Assembly: GCA_963695855.1 (NCBI GenBank)
Contig: CAVOHZ010000010.1
Coordinates: 704,001-768,000 of the forward strand
Length of the DNA: 64,000 nt
Source of the DNA: an uncultured Nitrososphaerales archaeon
Lineage (GTDB): Archaea > Thermoproteota > Nitrososphaeria > Nitrososphaerales > Nitrososphaeraceae
Direction of reading: 5' to 3'
Part shown: positions 21,738 to 32,490 of the stretch, piece by piece
Numbering within the stretch: the first letter of the stretch is position 1
How the letters are laid out: each line of letters starts with the position of its first letter
Position numbers and translations under genes: made by a program
The notes under the pieces: generated by a model
Seen by the model: only the letters and a program-made list of their open reading frames with translations
What the model was told of the DNA's origin: nothing
The model's database searches: none

Positions 21738-22774
21738 TGAAAATGATTTTTAATGATTCAGGTGAAAAACTAGGTTTAGGAATAGAGAGTACTGCTCACA
21801 CTTTTGGTTGTTCGGTAATAAAATTTAAGGAACCACAAAAAAAAGGCGAGATTCTTTCTGAGGAAAGGGGTATATATAAAGCACCATCTGGCTCGGGCAT
21901 CCATCCGAGAGAAGCCTCAAGACATCACACGAACAAGGCACCAGAAATCTTGAGAAATTGTTTGAAAGAAGCAAAAGTTACTCCTAAAGAACTAGATATC
22001 ATTTCATATTCTGCCGGTCCGGGATTGGGACCGTGCCTAAGAGTAGGAGCGGTTGTAGCAAGAACTCTTTCATCGTTTTATAATAAACCATTAATTCCAG
22101 TCAACCATGCTTTGGGACATATTGAATTAGGAATGATGTTAACTGAATGCAAAGATCCTCTAGTGTTATTGGTTTCTGGAGGCCATACAATGATTTTAGC
22201 ATTCTCAAATAAACGATGGAGAATTTTCGGAGAAACGCTAGATATAACAATAGGACAATTATTGGATCAATTTGGCAGACACATGGGGCTTTCTTCGCCA
22301 TGTGGAAACAAAATAGAGGAATTAGCATGGCAATCATCAGGAGAATACATTCAATTACCGTATTCAGTTAAAGGAAATGATGTTTCTTTTTCGGGCCTTT
22401 TGACTTCTACGAAATCACTTATCACTGAAGGTAAAAATGAATTTGATGTATGTTTTTCCTTGCAAGAAACTGCCTTTGCTATGTTAACAGAAGTAGTTGA
22501 AAGAGCATTATCTTTTACAGGAAAAAAACAGGTGTTAATAGTAGGAGGTGTCTCAGCTAATAAACGCCTACATGATATGTTGGAACAGTCGTCTGAAAGG
22601 CAGAAAGCAGAATTACGATCATGTCCTTTAATTTACTCAGGTGATAATGGATCACAAATTGCATGGATAGGTTTATGCGAGTATCAGACTACAGGAAATA
22701 AAACAGATATCAAAAAATCTTTTGTTAACCAATCGTGGAGACTGGATTCAGTAGACGTTAATTGGAGAACCTAG
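21737..22774 (+). CDS. kae1: KEOPS t6A synthase Kae1
   Basis: GIESTAHT, GPGLGPCL, VNHALGHIE and DNGSQIA motifs. Confidence 0.95.
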   Translation: MKMIFNDSGEKLGLGIESTAHTFGCSVIKFKEPQKKGEILSEERGIYKAPSGSGIHPREASRHHTNKAPEILRNCLKEAKVTPKELDIISYSAGPGLGPCLRVGAVVARTLSSFYNKPLIPVNHALGHIELGMMLTECKDPLVLLVSGGHTMILAFSNKRWRIFGETLDITIGQLLDQFGRHMGLSSPCGNKIEELAWQSSGEYIQLPYSVKGNDVSFSGLLTSTKSLITEGKNEFDVCFSLQETAFAMLTEVVERALSFTGKKQVLIVGGVSANKRLHDMLEQSSERQKAELRSCPLIYSGDNGSQIAWIGLCEYQTTGNKTDIKKSFVNQSWRLDSVDVNWRT

Positions 22775-22814
22775 AAATATACACAATAAACTAAAAAAAC
22801 ACTTTTATAATTTT

Positions 22815-23168
22815 CTAATATAGTTTATTAGATTTAACTTTTTCAATCTCTTTTGTCCATTTAGAATTACTGAGAACTCCGAATTTATATATCTCATTTT
22901 TTAAGGTGGTAATTACTGCCTTTTTTATGATGAATCCTTCAGCCCTACAATCATCAATTTGATCAAGAGGTAAATCTAAAAGTAATTTGCCCGTTTGTTT
23001 TGAAAGGGTTGCAAGGGTACCTTCAGTTTTTTCAAAAATAATTCGCTGATTTGTAAGCGTAAGTATTCCGTTTTTTAGCCTGTCTTCGGCACAGTCTTCT
23101 TGAAGAATTAATTTCTCTCCTTTTCTAGGTTTTACAGAACTCACGTTTTTATTATATAGAATATGCAT
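22815..23168 (-). CDS. Hypothetical protein, possible PH/GRAM-like fold
   Basis: GILTLTNQRIIF motif; true start uncertain. Confidence 0.6.
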   Translation of the reverse strand: MHILYNKNVSSVKPRKGEKLILQEDCAEDRLKNGILTLTNQRIIFEKTEGTLATLSKQTGKLLLDLPLDQIDDCRAEGFIIKKAVITTLKNEIYKFGVLSNSKWTKEIEKVKSNKLY

Positions 23169-23792
23169 ATATTATCATTGCATCGAAAACTCATTAAGAA
23201 AGGAGCAGAAGCCGATATTTTTTTAATAGCATGGTACGGAAGAAAGGCGATTTCAAAAATTAGAAATCCAAAGCAATATAGGAACAAATATCTTGATGAA
23301 AATATAAGAAAAAAAAGAACATTACATGAAGCCAATATGATAAGTGCAGTTAAGAACGTGGATATAAAAACACCATCTTTGTTATTTTTGGATCCATTAA
23401 AAGCTGAAATAATAATGGAATACATAGATGGACATAATGTCAAGGATATAATGTCAAGTCAATTGGCTTTAGATATTGGAAAATATACGTCCTTATTACA
23501 TAATAATAACATTGTACACGGTGATTTAACTACTTCAAATTTTATAAGATCTGGTAACGATCTTGTAATTATAGATTTTGGATTATCATTTTTTTCTGAG
23601 AGGATTGAAGATAGAGCGGTTGACTTTCGATTAATTAAAGAGATTTTGAGTAGTGCACATATAGAAATATTCGATCAGGCATATCAGAATTTCATAACAG
23701 GATATTCTAACAATACAAATAACGATATGAAAAAAATATTACGAGTAGTAAGTGAAATAGAGAAAAGAGGAAGATATGCAAGAATAAGTTAG
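23163..23792 (+). CDS. bud32: KEOPS kinase Bud32
   Basis: KKGAEA, HGDLTTSN, IDFGLS and RGRY motifs. Confidence 0.95.
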   Translation: MHILSLHRKLIKKGAEADIFLIAWYGRKAISKIRNPKQYRNKYLDENIRKKRTLHEANMISAVKNVDIKTPSLLFLDPLKAEIIMEYIDGHNVKDIMSSQLALDIGKYTSLLHNNNIVHGDLTTSNFIRSGNDLVIIDFGLSFFSERIEDRAVDFRLIKEILSSAHIEIFDQAYQNFITGYSNNTNNDMKKILRVVSEIEKRGRYARIS

Positions 23793-23817
23793 ACAAGATT
23801 GTTAAAATTATAATTAC

Positions 23818-24889
23818 TATACTGACTAACCAAATATCGTAGATACATTTTTAGCTAACTATTGTAGATACATATTACATTTGCATTCTCAATTAGATAA
23901 GGCATACAGGCGAGAATCCAATCCAGATGTAAGAGAAAGAATACTTCTTGTCAGACGCGTATTAGAAGATAAACAACATATCGTAAATGTAGCAAAAGAA
24001 TTGCATAGATGTAGAGCATGTGCTTACAAATGGTACAAGAGATATACTGAGGAGGGATTAAAAGGATTAAAAGACAAAACAAAAACTCGCAGACCTCCAT
24101 CAGTACCAAAGGATGTAATGGTAAGGATTAGAAAAGAACTAGCAGAAAGCAATACAGGATGAGATTTTAGACAGGTAATGGATCTGATATACAGAAAGAC
24201 AGGAGTAAGATATCATGAGGTACATATCTACTGTCTATTACACAAATGGGGTTTCAAGTCAAAGGTACCACAGAAAAGATTTCTAAATACTGCTTCGGTA
24301 AAGGACAAAAGCAAATTCAAAAGAGTAAAACAGATTCTTGACAGTTTAAAATCAGACTGGACTGTACTTGTACAGGATGAATCCATATTTGTATACGATT
24401 ATCCGATAAAAGGAAAGAAATGGGTTTCTACAGATAAAAGACCTGTTGTAACTGTAACAGGTTCTCGTAAAAAGAATATTGTATTTGGCTCTCTCTTTAG
24501 ATAGTAAACAGCTATTCAAACAATATGATAAATTTAACAGCAATACATTTGTTGACTACTTAAAACATGTACAGTAAAGATTTGGAAAAATCGTCATATT
24601 TGTTGATAGAGTAACACCACATTGTTCTAAGATAACAGTACAGCATCTCGCACAAAATAAAGATACTATCAGATTAGAATATTTTCCTGTTGGATCTCCA
24701 GAATTCAACGTAGTAGAAGAATGCTGGAGACAAGGAAAATACAAAATACTTTCTACTTACTATGCTATGTTTGATGATCTGAAAGACGTTAATTGTGTTA
24801 TAACAGAACTACAAGATTCAAACTGGATATTGTGAAGTACCTGTTAAGGTCTACGAATTAATGTTTTTAAATATGTGGAAGACATTCTA
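23818..24889 (+). mobile_element. IS630-family element with a disrupted transposase (stops/frameshifts)
   Basis: HTH fragment (23881-24162), QDESIF DDE motif, YFPVGSPEFNVVEECW; imperfect terminal inverted repeats beginning with TA (TATACTGACTAACCAAATAT versus reverse complement TAGAATGTCTTCCACATAT). Confidence 0.85.
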
Positions 24890-24921
24890 TGAATAAATTT
24901 CAAAATATAATAAAATTTTTC

Positions 24922-25215
24922 TTAGATCGTTAAATTATAATGTTCTTCTATCTCTCCCTCCATGATGCTTGGGAGCATTTCTTTCAATTTTTCAAAATTA
25001 ACCAGAAATTTATTTCCGCTTTCAGTAATGGTATAATACCTTTTTTCACCGTTTAAAACCTCGTTAATTAAACCACATTTTAATAAAAATTGAATATATA
25101 GCTTACATTGATCGTTACTAAGCATAGCTTTGTACATAACTTTTGTTCGAGTTTCCATCCTTATGCATGATGATAGTATAGCTGCAATAACCTCGTATCG
25201 GCTGCGGTTTTTCAT
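24922..25215 (-). CDS. Winged helix-turn-helix transcriptional regulator
   Basis: RSRYEVIAAIL...TKVMYKAML...YTITESGNKFL pattern of the small archaeal wHTH family. Confidence 0.85.
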   Translation of the reverse strand: MKNRSRYEVIAAILSSCIRMETRTKVMYKAMLSNDQCKLYIQFLLKCGLINEVLNGEKRYYTITESGNKFLVNFEKLKEMLPSIMEGEIEEHYNLTI

Positions 25216-25450
25216 CCATAACTTATAAAGTTTATAATTAATATAACAGATGTGATACTATTAAATAGAACAATATCTTAATTAAATATTAAATATAAAG
25301 TTACTTTTATAACTATTATTCTTTTTGCATAATAGAAATAAATTATACAAATGACTTTATGATTTCTTAAAAATTTCTTTTTTTATAAATTTATATTACA
25401 TTGTAAAGTCAATTCAAGATAATAAAGTTAAGTCAAATTGTCCTGTAAGC

Positions 25451-26463
25451 TGCCTTGTTGCACAACTTGTTCTTCTCAACACATTTAGCTAACCAATTCT
25501 AGTCATATTATGTGAACTGGAGAAATTACAACGAATCTCTTGTTAAACGTGGTGAGGTATTACTGGATTTTGATATTATAGATAACTGGAATACTGAACT
25601 AGAGAAGATGAATAAGGAAAAGGAAGGTAGGAAATTCGTATATCCAGATTCATTTGTCAAGTTATTGGGATACATGAGAGCATACTTTCACTTACCCTAC
25701 AGACAAACTGAAGGAGTAGTAAGAGAACATGCTTCAAACACTTTGCCATCAATTCCAGATTATAGTAACATTAGCAGAAGAATAAATAGACTGGATATCA
25801 AGATTTCTGATGATATAACCAAATCTAACTTGCATGATGATAATTTTGTTATTGCAATTGATTCTACCGGTATAAAGGTATCTAAGAGGGGTGAATGGAT
25901 TAGACACAAGTGGAATGTAAAAAGAGGATATCTAAAGATACATTTAGCAGTCGATATAAAAAAGAAGAGAATTCTATCATTAGATGTTACTAGTGAAGAA
26001 GTACATGATGTAAAAGTACTTCCAAAATTGGTTGATTATATAGCAATAAAACAGAATAAGGTAATAGATACTGCTATCATGGATGGTTCCTATGATAGCA
26101 ACAAGATCTTTCAGTTTCTATCATTTAAAGGCATACAACCAGCAATAAAGGTAAGAAAGAATTCTAGATGCAGAAACAAGACCAATCATTACCTTAGAAA
26201 CAAGATGGTGAAAATGCAGAAGAATGATTTGCAAGAATGGAAAGATAGTGTACGCTATGGACAAAGATGGATGGTAGAATCTGTTTTTTCCTCTATGAAG
26301 AGAATGTTTGGTGAATATGTTACTGCTATCAGGTTAGAGAACATGATAAGAGAGATAATGTTGAAAGCATCGTTGTATAACTGGTTTCAAAGTATAACTG
26401 TTACATAATTATCAATTATATAATAATGAGAACGATTGGTTAAACGAGTTATGCAACAAACCA
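25451..26463 (+). mobile_element. IS5-family insertion sequence, apparently intact (1013 bp)
   Basis: 17-bp imperfect TIRs TGCCTTGTTGCACAACT / AGTTATGCAACAAACCA; 8-bp target duplication CTGTAAGC at 25443-25450 and 26464-26471. Confidence 0.93.
25512..26408 (+). CDS. IS5-family DDE transposase
   Basis: NWRNYNESLVKRG, IDSTG, MDGSYD and RWMVESVFSSMKRMFG motifs; uninterrupted 298 aa. Confidence 0.93.
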   Translation: MNWRNYNESLVKRGEVLLDFDIIDNWNTELEKMNKEKEGRKFVYPDSFVKLLGYMRAYFHLPYRQTEGVVREHASNTLPSIPDYSNISRRINRLDIKISDDITKSNLHDDNFVIAIDSTGIKVSKRGEWIRHKWNVKRGYLKIHLAVDIKKKRILSLDVTSEEVHDVKVLPKLVDYIAIKQNKVIDTAIMDGSYDSNKIFQFLSFKGIQPAIKVRKNSRCRNKTNHYLRNKMVKMQKNDLQEWKDSVRYGQRWMVESVFSSMKRMFGEYVTAIRLENMIREIMLKASLYNWFQSITVT

Positions 26464-26520
26464 CTGTAAGCAAATAATTTAAAGTAATAACAAAATGATA
26501 AATTCAAAATATTTGATAAT

Positions 26521-27093
26521 CTATTGTCCGTATTTTCCCTTATACCATGATATAAATTTCTCTAAAGTTAACCTTCTATGCGAAAACTTGTTTTTTTTGT
26601 TTATAATGTATAATCTGCCCATTGACATATTTGAATTTTCGGGAATAAAAATAGGATCGAATCCCCATCCTCCTTTATGAAGTCGCGTAGAGATTTTTCC
26701 ACAAATTTGGCCAGAAAAAAGTGCTATTTCAGTTCCATCATTATAAGCAAAAATCGATCTAAAATAAGCAGATCGATCAGATTCTCCCTTCATTAGTTTC
26801 AGGATTCCTATATTTCCTATTGTAGCAAAACTGTATGACGAATATTGGCCAGGAAAACCCTTTAAAGATTTAATAAACATTCCATCATCTTCTATTATTA
26901 TTGGCTGTTTAACCATATCATAAGCATATCTAGCTTTTTCTAAAGCAATCATCTCGATATCATCAGATTGTATTTCTATAATATGATGCTTATAAAATTG
27001 TAATTTTGTCGAATTTAATCTTTTTTTTAAAATTGATTCCACCTCCAAAAATTTATTTGAATTACTAGTAACAAAAAACAGTAAATTAATCAT
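26521..27093 (-). CDS. rdgB: Non-canonical purine NTP pyrophosphatase (RdgB/HAM1)
   Basis: TSNSNK, EDDG, GFPG, GWGFDPIF and SHR motifs. Confidence 0.93.
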   Translation of the reverse strand: MINLLFFVTSNSNKFLEVESILKKRLNSTKLQFYKHHIIEIQSDDIEMIALEKARYAYDMVKQPIIIEDDGMFIKSLKGFPGQYSSYSFATIGNIGILKLMKGESDRSAYFRSIFAYNDGTEIALFSGQICGKISTRLHKGGWGFDPIFIPENSNMSMGRLYIINKKNKFSHRRLTLEKFISWYKGKYGQ

Positions 27094-27288
27094 ATTCTAT
27101 CTATAAATATTATAAATAAAAATATTTTCAAATGGTATGTAGCATATACAGATTAACATAAATTCGTAAATCTTTGTTATGTTAACAATAACAATTCCAA
27201 GAACATAATATATATTGCATTAAGTAAATTGTAAACCAACCTATGTTAGGTAATATGTACTATTGATTTCTGATATTCTATACTCATT

Positions 27289-27811
27289 AACATTAATTCG
27301 TAGACCTTAACAGGTACTTCACAATATCCAGTTTGAATCTTGTAGTTCTGTTATAACACAATTAACGTCTTTCAGATCATCAAACATAGCATAGTAAGTA
27401 GAAAGTATTTTGTATTTTCCTTGTCTCCAGCATTCTTCTACTACGTTGAATTCTGGAGATCCAACAGGAAAATATTCTAATCTGATAGTATCTTTATTTT
27501 GTGCGAGATGCTGTACTGTTATCTTAGAACAATGTGGTGTTACTCTATCAACAAATATGACGATTTTTCCAAATCTTTACTGTACATGTTTTAAGTAGTC
27601 AACAAATGTATTGCTGTTAAATTTATCATATTGTTTGAATAGCTGTTTACTATCTAAAGAGAGAGCCAAATACAATATTCTTTTTACGAGAACCTGTTAC
27701 AGTTACAACAGGTCTTTTATCTGTAGAAACCCATTTCTTTCCTTTTATCGGATAATCGTATACAAATATGGATTCATCCTGTACAAGTACAGTCCAGTCT
27801 GATTTTAAACT
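27289..27811 (-). repeat. 523-bp inverted copy of IS630 segment 24343-24865
   Basis: Reads as the reverse complement of 24343-24865; the ORF track shows identical 62-aa and 63-aa ORFs at mirror positions. Confidence 0.92.
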
Positions 27812-27950
27812 AATGATCTAATTTACTCTATTCTGAGTTCCCTTTTGTCCTTTACTTAGAAAGTATTGGTAAATCATTATGTAGTTTTTTTGAAGTAAAA
27901 CCTCACTTATGTAATAATCTTTATATCTATACCTAATCAGTATATTTATA
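27812..27950 (-). pseudogene. Older, diverged IS630 relic continuing from the identical tract
   Basis: Reverse complement aligns loosely to 24220-24342 (e.g. shared gtaaaggacaaaag); boundaries approximate. Confidence 0.6.
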
Positions 27951-28149
27951 ATATTTGTCCATTAATTTAAAGATAATTTTCACTTTCTTTAACTCGTCTT
28001 TCTTATTCTTTTTGGTGTCATTATATATTAAAATAAGGTTGTATTCTAATACGTACATACAATAGAATACATCCATTCTGACTGTAATGATAGTATTAAT
28101 CAAAATTTTCGTTTCTATCCTTGAGATATTTACTGACTCATTTCATCAA

Positions 28150-28520
28150 ACTTTTATGCAATATAAAATAATAGATAATATTTTAATTCAATCGAATTAC
28201 ATGCTCCATAATACAATGTGTCAACGTCCGCATGTACAATATGTTGTCGATAGTTAGATAGAATGGACCTGACAAAATATTACGGACTAACAATTTTTCC
28301 CCTTACATTCAAAGGACTTTCTTATTGATTGGCTTCATATTAAACCAAAAGACAACCAATAAAGATGATCTCCAATATGAACAATAGTTACATCTCTTAT
28401 GAAATTCTTCTTTTTTAACAGGTGTGAGATGATACAAAGCTGTCAAATTTCTTACATAATCTCTTTTTCATTTCTAATGGTTGTCAAAGCTTTGGTGGTA
28501 TCGCTTAAACTTAATTGTGT
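28150..28520 (-). pseudogene. IS6-like DDE transposase relic
   Basis: Degenerate D-x-TIVHIGDHLYWL...PINKKVL and HIVHAD...ACNS fragments resembling the thaumarchaeal IS6-like transposase; boundaries approximate. Confidence 0.55.
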
Positions 28521-28686
28521 ATATTGTGTTCTAAATTGAATGACTATAGATAAATAGCATGACCACGTCTAAAACTGATTTGGTCAAATTGACAGAATTT
28601 TTGTAAGAATACTAATATTGCACAAAATTTGTTTCATCATAAACAGAGTTAATATTAGGGAACTAGAATAATTTGTTTTGTTATTA

Positions 28687-28932
28687 ATGAATTATAGTGG
28701 AAGAGGATATGGTAGAGGCGGAGACAATAGAAGGACATTTGGCTCAAGTCCGAAACCAGTTGAAATGGGAAAAGAATACGAAGTGGAAATATCAGAAATA
28801 AGTAATAAAGGAGATGGAATTGCCAGAATCCAAGGATTTGTAATCTTTGTTGTTGGAGGAAAAGTTGGGCAGAATGTGAAGATAAGAATCACCAGTATCG
28901 GAGAAAGATTCGCAAAAGCAGAAGTTGTGTGA
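28687..28932 (+). CDS. Single TRAM-domain RNA-binding protein (cold-shock-like)
   Basis: PKPVEMGKEYEVEI...GDGIARIQGFVIFV...FAKAEVV with a Gly/Arg-rich N terminus. Confidence 0.92.
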   Translation: MNYSGRGYGRGGDNRRTFGSSPKPVEMGKEYEVEISEISNKGDGIARIQGFVIFVVGGKVGQNVKIRITSIGERFAKAEVV

Positions 28933-28992
28933 ACGTAAATCATTTTATAAAAAATCCACTGTCGGTACAGCACGTTTTAGAAAATAAAAAGA

Positions 28993-29154
28993 TCATTTTT
29001 TACTGGACCTGTAATATTTTTTATCTGGTTTAAATGCCTTACAAGTACAATTGCCAATAAGACACTTCATTTTGTCTTTTGAAGTCCTATCATGATCAAC
29101 TTTTTGGTGTTCACATCTCAAACACTTAACATATAAGTCCAACTCATTGTCCAA
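28993..29154 (-). CDS. Small Cys/His-rich Zn-finger-like protein (53 aa)
   Basis: Manual translation from TTG: MDNELDLYVKCLRCEHQKVDHDRTSKDKMKCLIGNCTCKAFKPDKKYYRSSKK. Confidence 0.6.
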   Translation of the reverse strand: MDNELDLYVKCLRCEHQKVDHDRTSKDKMKCLIGNCTCKAFKPDKKYYRSSKK

Positions 29155-29654
29155 ATGGAATTACCATATTATTTAGCAGAATTAACGCATATAAATTCTA
29201 TATTATGAAGAAATAAAAAACGTTCAGCCGCTTCACTGTATTCGAAAAAACAGAAAATTTAACAATAAACACGATAAAAATTTGATAATAATTCGACTGG
29301 CTGATATTAAAAAACTATATTATGAAACAAAATATGTAATTCAGTAAGATCTTTTAAAAAAATGCCTATCTTACCCTAGGACTAGCAGATCTGTAATTTA
29401 TGGAAAAATACTGTGCTTTTGACACAAAGAAATTCAAAAATTTAAGCATTAATTATCGTACGGACCATTTATATCTTGTAAAGGCATTATTCTCAGAATG
29501 TCTACGAGAAACTGGTCCGTGTATAATGATCGCATAGAACGTGGACACGCCTTGATGGATGGTTCCGTGCAAAACAAGATGAGTTTATCTTTGTTAGGTT
29601 TGTTCAAACTGATTTAATAATTCTCTAAAATGGAGTATACCCAATCATCTAGAT

Positions 29655-30299
29655 TCAGTCGTGATTATGATTGAAATTAAATTCATCTACTATCTGAATA
29701 AGATTATTTATTGATTCAAATCTACCTATTTCATTAAGAGAATGAGCATCGCTACCCAAATGAAATTTCACACCATTTTTTAAAAATATTCTTATCCATT
29801 TCTCAGGGGGTCTACGATATTTTGCATTTAACTCTACAATTTTGTTATTTTCGTTTATGAGCTTACCTATCTCTTCTATTTCGTGATCATATATTTCAAA
29901 ATAATTTTCCGGAGCCAAATGTCCTATTACATCAACATGCTCATTTTTAATAGTTTTTTTGAGGAGCTCTAACCATTTATTTTTATCTTGAAACGTTGTA
30001 TGAAAACTTGCAACAATAAAAAATTTACTTGCAACATTTTCATTGCAATCTATATTTCCATCAGATAAAATTTTTGCCTCAAATCCAGATATTATTTTAA
30101 TTTTATTTTTTTTTTTATATTGTTCTATCTCTTTAATGTAATCACTAATCCATTCAGAGGACCTTCTTACATGTTCTGTAAATGCAATACATTCTAATCC
30201 TATTTTCTCCGCCTCTTCAATAGCATTTTTTATTGTTAAATTAAGATCGGAGTGATCATTATAATTTGTATGGATATGAAAATCTTGTCTAATGTTCAT
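29655..30299 (-). CDS. PHP-domain phosphoesterase
   Basis: DFHIHT, FTEH, GFE, GHL and GSDAH metal-binding motifs. Confidence 0.9.
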   Translation of the reverse strand: MNIRQDFHIHTNYNDHSDLNLTIKNAIEEAEKIGLECIAFTEHVRRSSEWISDYIKEIEQYKKKNKIKIISGFEAKILSDGNIDCNENVASKFFIVASFHTTFQDKNKWLELLKKTIKNEHVDVIGHLAPENYFEIYDHEIEEIGKLINENNKIVELNAKYRRPPEKWIRIFLKNGVKFHLGSDAHSLNEIGRFESINNLIQIVDEFNFNHNHD

Positions 30300-30443
30300 A
30301 CAAGCAATTAAATAATTATTTTATAAAAATCTATAATATCAGAAAAACCCAAAAATTTTTATGTAAATATTCGATGCATCACAAATATGTATGATTCATA
30401 ATTAAATGAACATGTAATTTAATTATTACGTATCAATTTAAAT

Positions 30444-31382
30444 TTGGTAATGATAAATTTGAATGTCCTGGTTCCAGGGGCTGGTGGGCCTGCAGCAATA
30501 AATACAATAAAATCCTTAAGATTATCTAAATTTGATGGACAGATAGTCTCAACAGACTCCGATCCACTTTCAGCTGGTTTTTTCCTTAGTGATTCATATT
30601 ATGTTGTTCCTATTGTAAGCGACAAATCATTTATAGATGTATTGATAAAAATTATTAAAAAAAATAATATTAAAGTTTTGATGCCTTCATCAGGTTATGA
30701 TATCTATCAATATAGTATTAATAATCAGTTATTATCTGAAATGGGCGTGCAAGCAGTAGTAAGCAGGAAAGAAGTTTTAGATGTCTGCCAAGATAAATTA
30801 TTATCATTTAAAAAACTCTCAAACATATTCCCATTTGTTTTTTCAACACTTTACTTTGAGCAAATTGATAAATTTCCTGTTATAGCTAAACCGCGCTTTG
30901 GAAAGGGTAGTAAAGATATTATCAAAATCGAAGATCTCACTGATTTAAAATATGTGACTGCCAAATATAATAATATGATATTTCAAGAATATCTTCCAGG
31001 AGTTGAATATTCAGTTGACGTTCTTTCTGATCTAAATGAAAATCCTCTTATTGCCATTCCAAGAATACGTATTCAAACAAAAGCAGGAATATCTGTCAAA
31101 GGTAAAATCAAGAGAAATCAATATATTGAGAATTTGTGTATGAATTTGGCAAAACATCTCGGAATTAAAGGTCCGTGTGTTATACAATTAAAACAATCTG
31201 AATCCGGAGAATTGAAAATAATTGAAATCAATCCCAGATTTGGTGGAGGTACTTTTTTTTCTACACTTGCTGGAATTAATTTTCCTGCTTTAATTTTAGA
31301 TATGGTTTGTAATAAAGAAATAGTTCTTCCAGAGGTCTCAGAAATTACCATTATGAGATACTATGAAGAAGTAGTACTCTAG
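30444..31382 (+). CDS. ATP-grasp domain protein
   Basis: AKPRFGKGS, QEYLPG and IEINPRFGGG motifs. Confidence 0.88.
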   Translation: MVMINLNVLVPGAGGPAAINTIKSLRLSKFDGQIVSTDSDPLSAGFFLSDSYYVVPIVSDKSFIDVLIKIIKKNNIKVLMPSSGYDIYQYSINNQLLSEMGVQAVVSRKEVLDVCQDKLLSFKKLSNIFPFVFSTLYFEQIDKFPVIAKPRFGKGSKDIIKIEDLTDLKYVTAKYNNMIFQEYLPGVEYSVDVLSDLNENPLIAIPRIRIQTKAGISVKGKIKRNQYIENLCMNLAKHLGIKGPCVIQLKQSESGELKIIEINPRFGGGTFFSTLAGINFPALILDMVCNKEIVLPEVSEITIMRYYEEVVL

Positions 31383-31399
31383 ATAACATAATTTCGCTA

Positions 31400-32260
31400 A
31401 TCCATTAATCTCATTAGATATCTTACAGTATTCACATGATATCATGTTTCTCTAATTACTACGAATGAATATTTCAAATCATCAAACGAAATATTAAGAC
31501 AACAGAAAAGTATTTGGTACTCGCCTTGACTCCAGCAATTCTCTATGGCATTAAAATCTAGTGAACTAGCAAGAAAGTATTCTATTCTTATATTATATCA
31601 TCTTTAATTATTTTAGCTCAAGATGGTTTCAAGTGATTTTGGAACATTGTGAATTTACCTAATCTTTTCTTTACATGGTTTAGATAATCAACAATTGTAT
31701 TAATGGTGAACTTATTATATTGTGCAATTATATGTGTATCCCACAAGAAATAGACGCCCAAACCAAGTCGTTCTTTTGTATGAATCTGGAGCTGTTACAG
31801 TAGGTATTTAATTTTTAGAAATCCATTTCTTCATTCTTATCAAATATTGCTATACAAAGATAAATGATATCGGAATGCCATTTTCTTGGAAATCAGATTC
31901 ATTACTTGTTTGAATATGATCCTCTTTTGTTGTCTTCTAATTCCTGTCATATTTTTAACATTGTAAACTTTATATCCCTATATCAACCACTTCATGTTTT
32001 ATCTTCTACTCTATCTAGTGTTCTTTATGAAATTTATATAATGATCTATCCGTCCACAAACTCGATTTGTTTAGTTGATTTTCTGCAACCCAGCTGCTTC
32101 TAGCTTGTCTACTTCAAAACTTGTTACATACAGCTTACTTTCTTCTATACTTGCATCTTTTCTATATTCATTATCTAGTATAACTCTAATTGAGACAATA
32201 AAACACACCCTAAATTAGGAAACTAACTTGGTTACGCTAAAAACTAGATACTAGTATGAT
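31400..32260 (-). pseudogene. Degenerate IS630-family relic
   Basis: Reverse complement aligns loosely to the IS630 copy at 23.8-24.9 kb (e.g. caatataataagttcaccattaatacaattgttgattatcta versus caatatgataaatttaacagcaatacatttgttgactactta); boundaries approximate. Confidence 0.7.
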
Positions 32261-32490
32261 TATTTATGTTAACTATTGCTTTATTCCAAGACTCAGAAAT
32301 CGATAAGATGATCTAAATTTTTGACAGCAACAAATTAACAAAAATTTTTTCTTATATAAAAGGGAGATTTATCTTTTCAAAATTAATGAAAATCATAGTT
32401 GCGAAACAAAACAATAATTATTATAGTTTATTGATCTCAGAATACCGATAAATCAAACAGATTTTTATAGAGTTTGTAAGAATATGTATT

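Noticed and set aside
29170-29640. Possible additional IS relic or ncRNA
   Set aside because: No convincing transposase motif or structure could be recognised.
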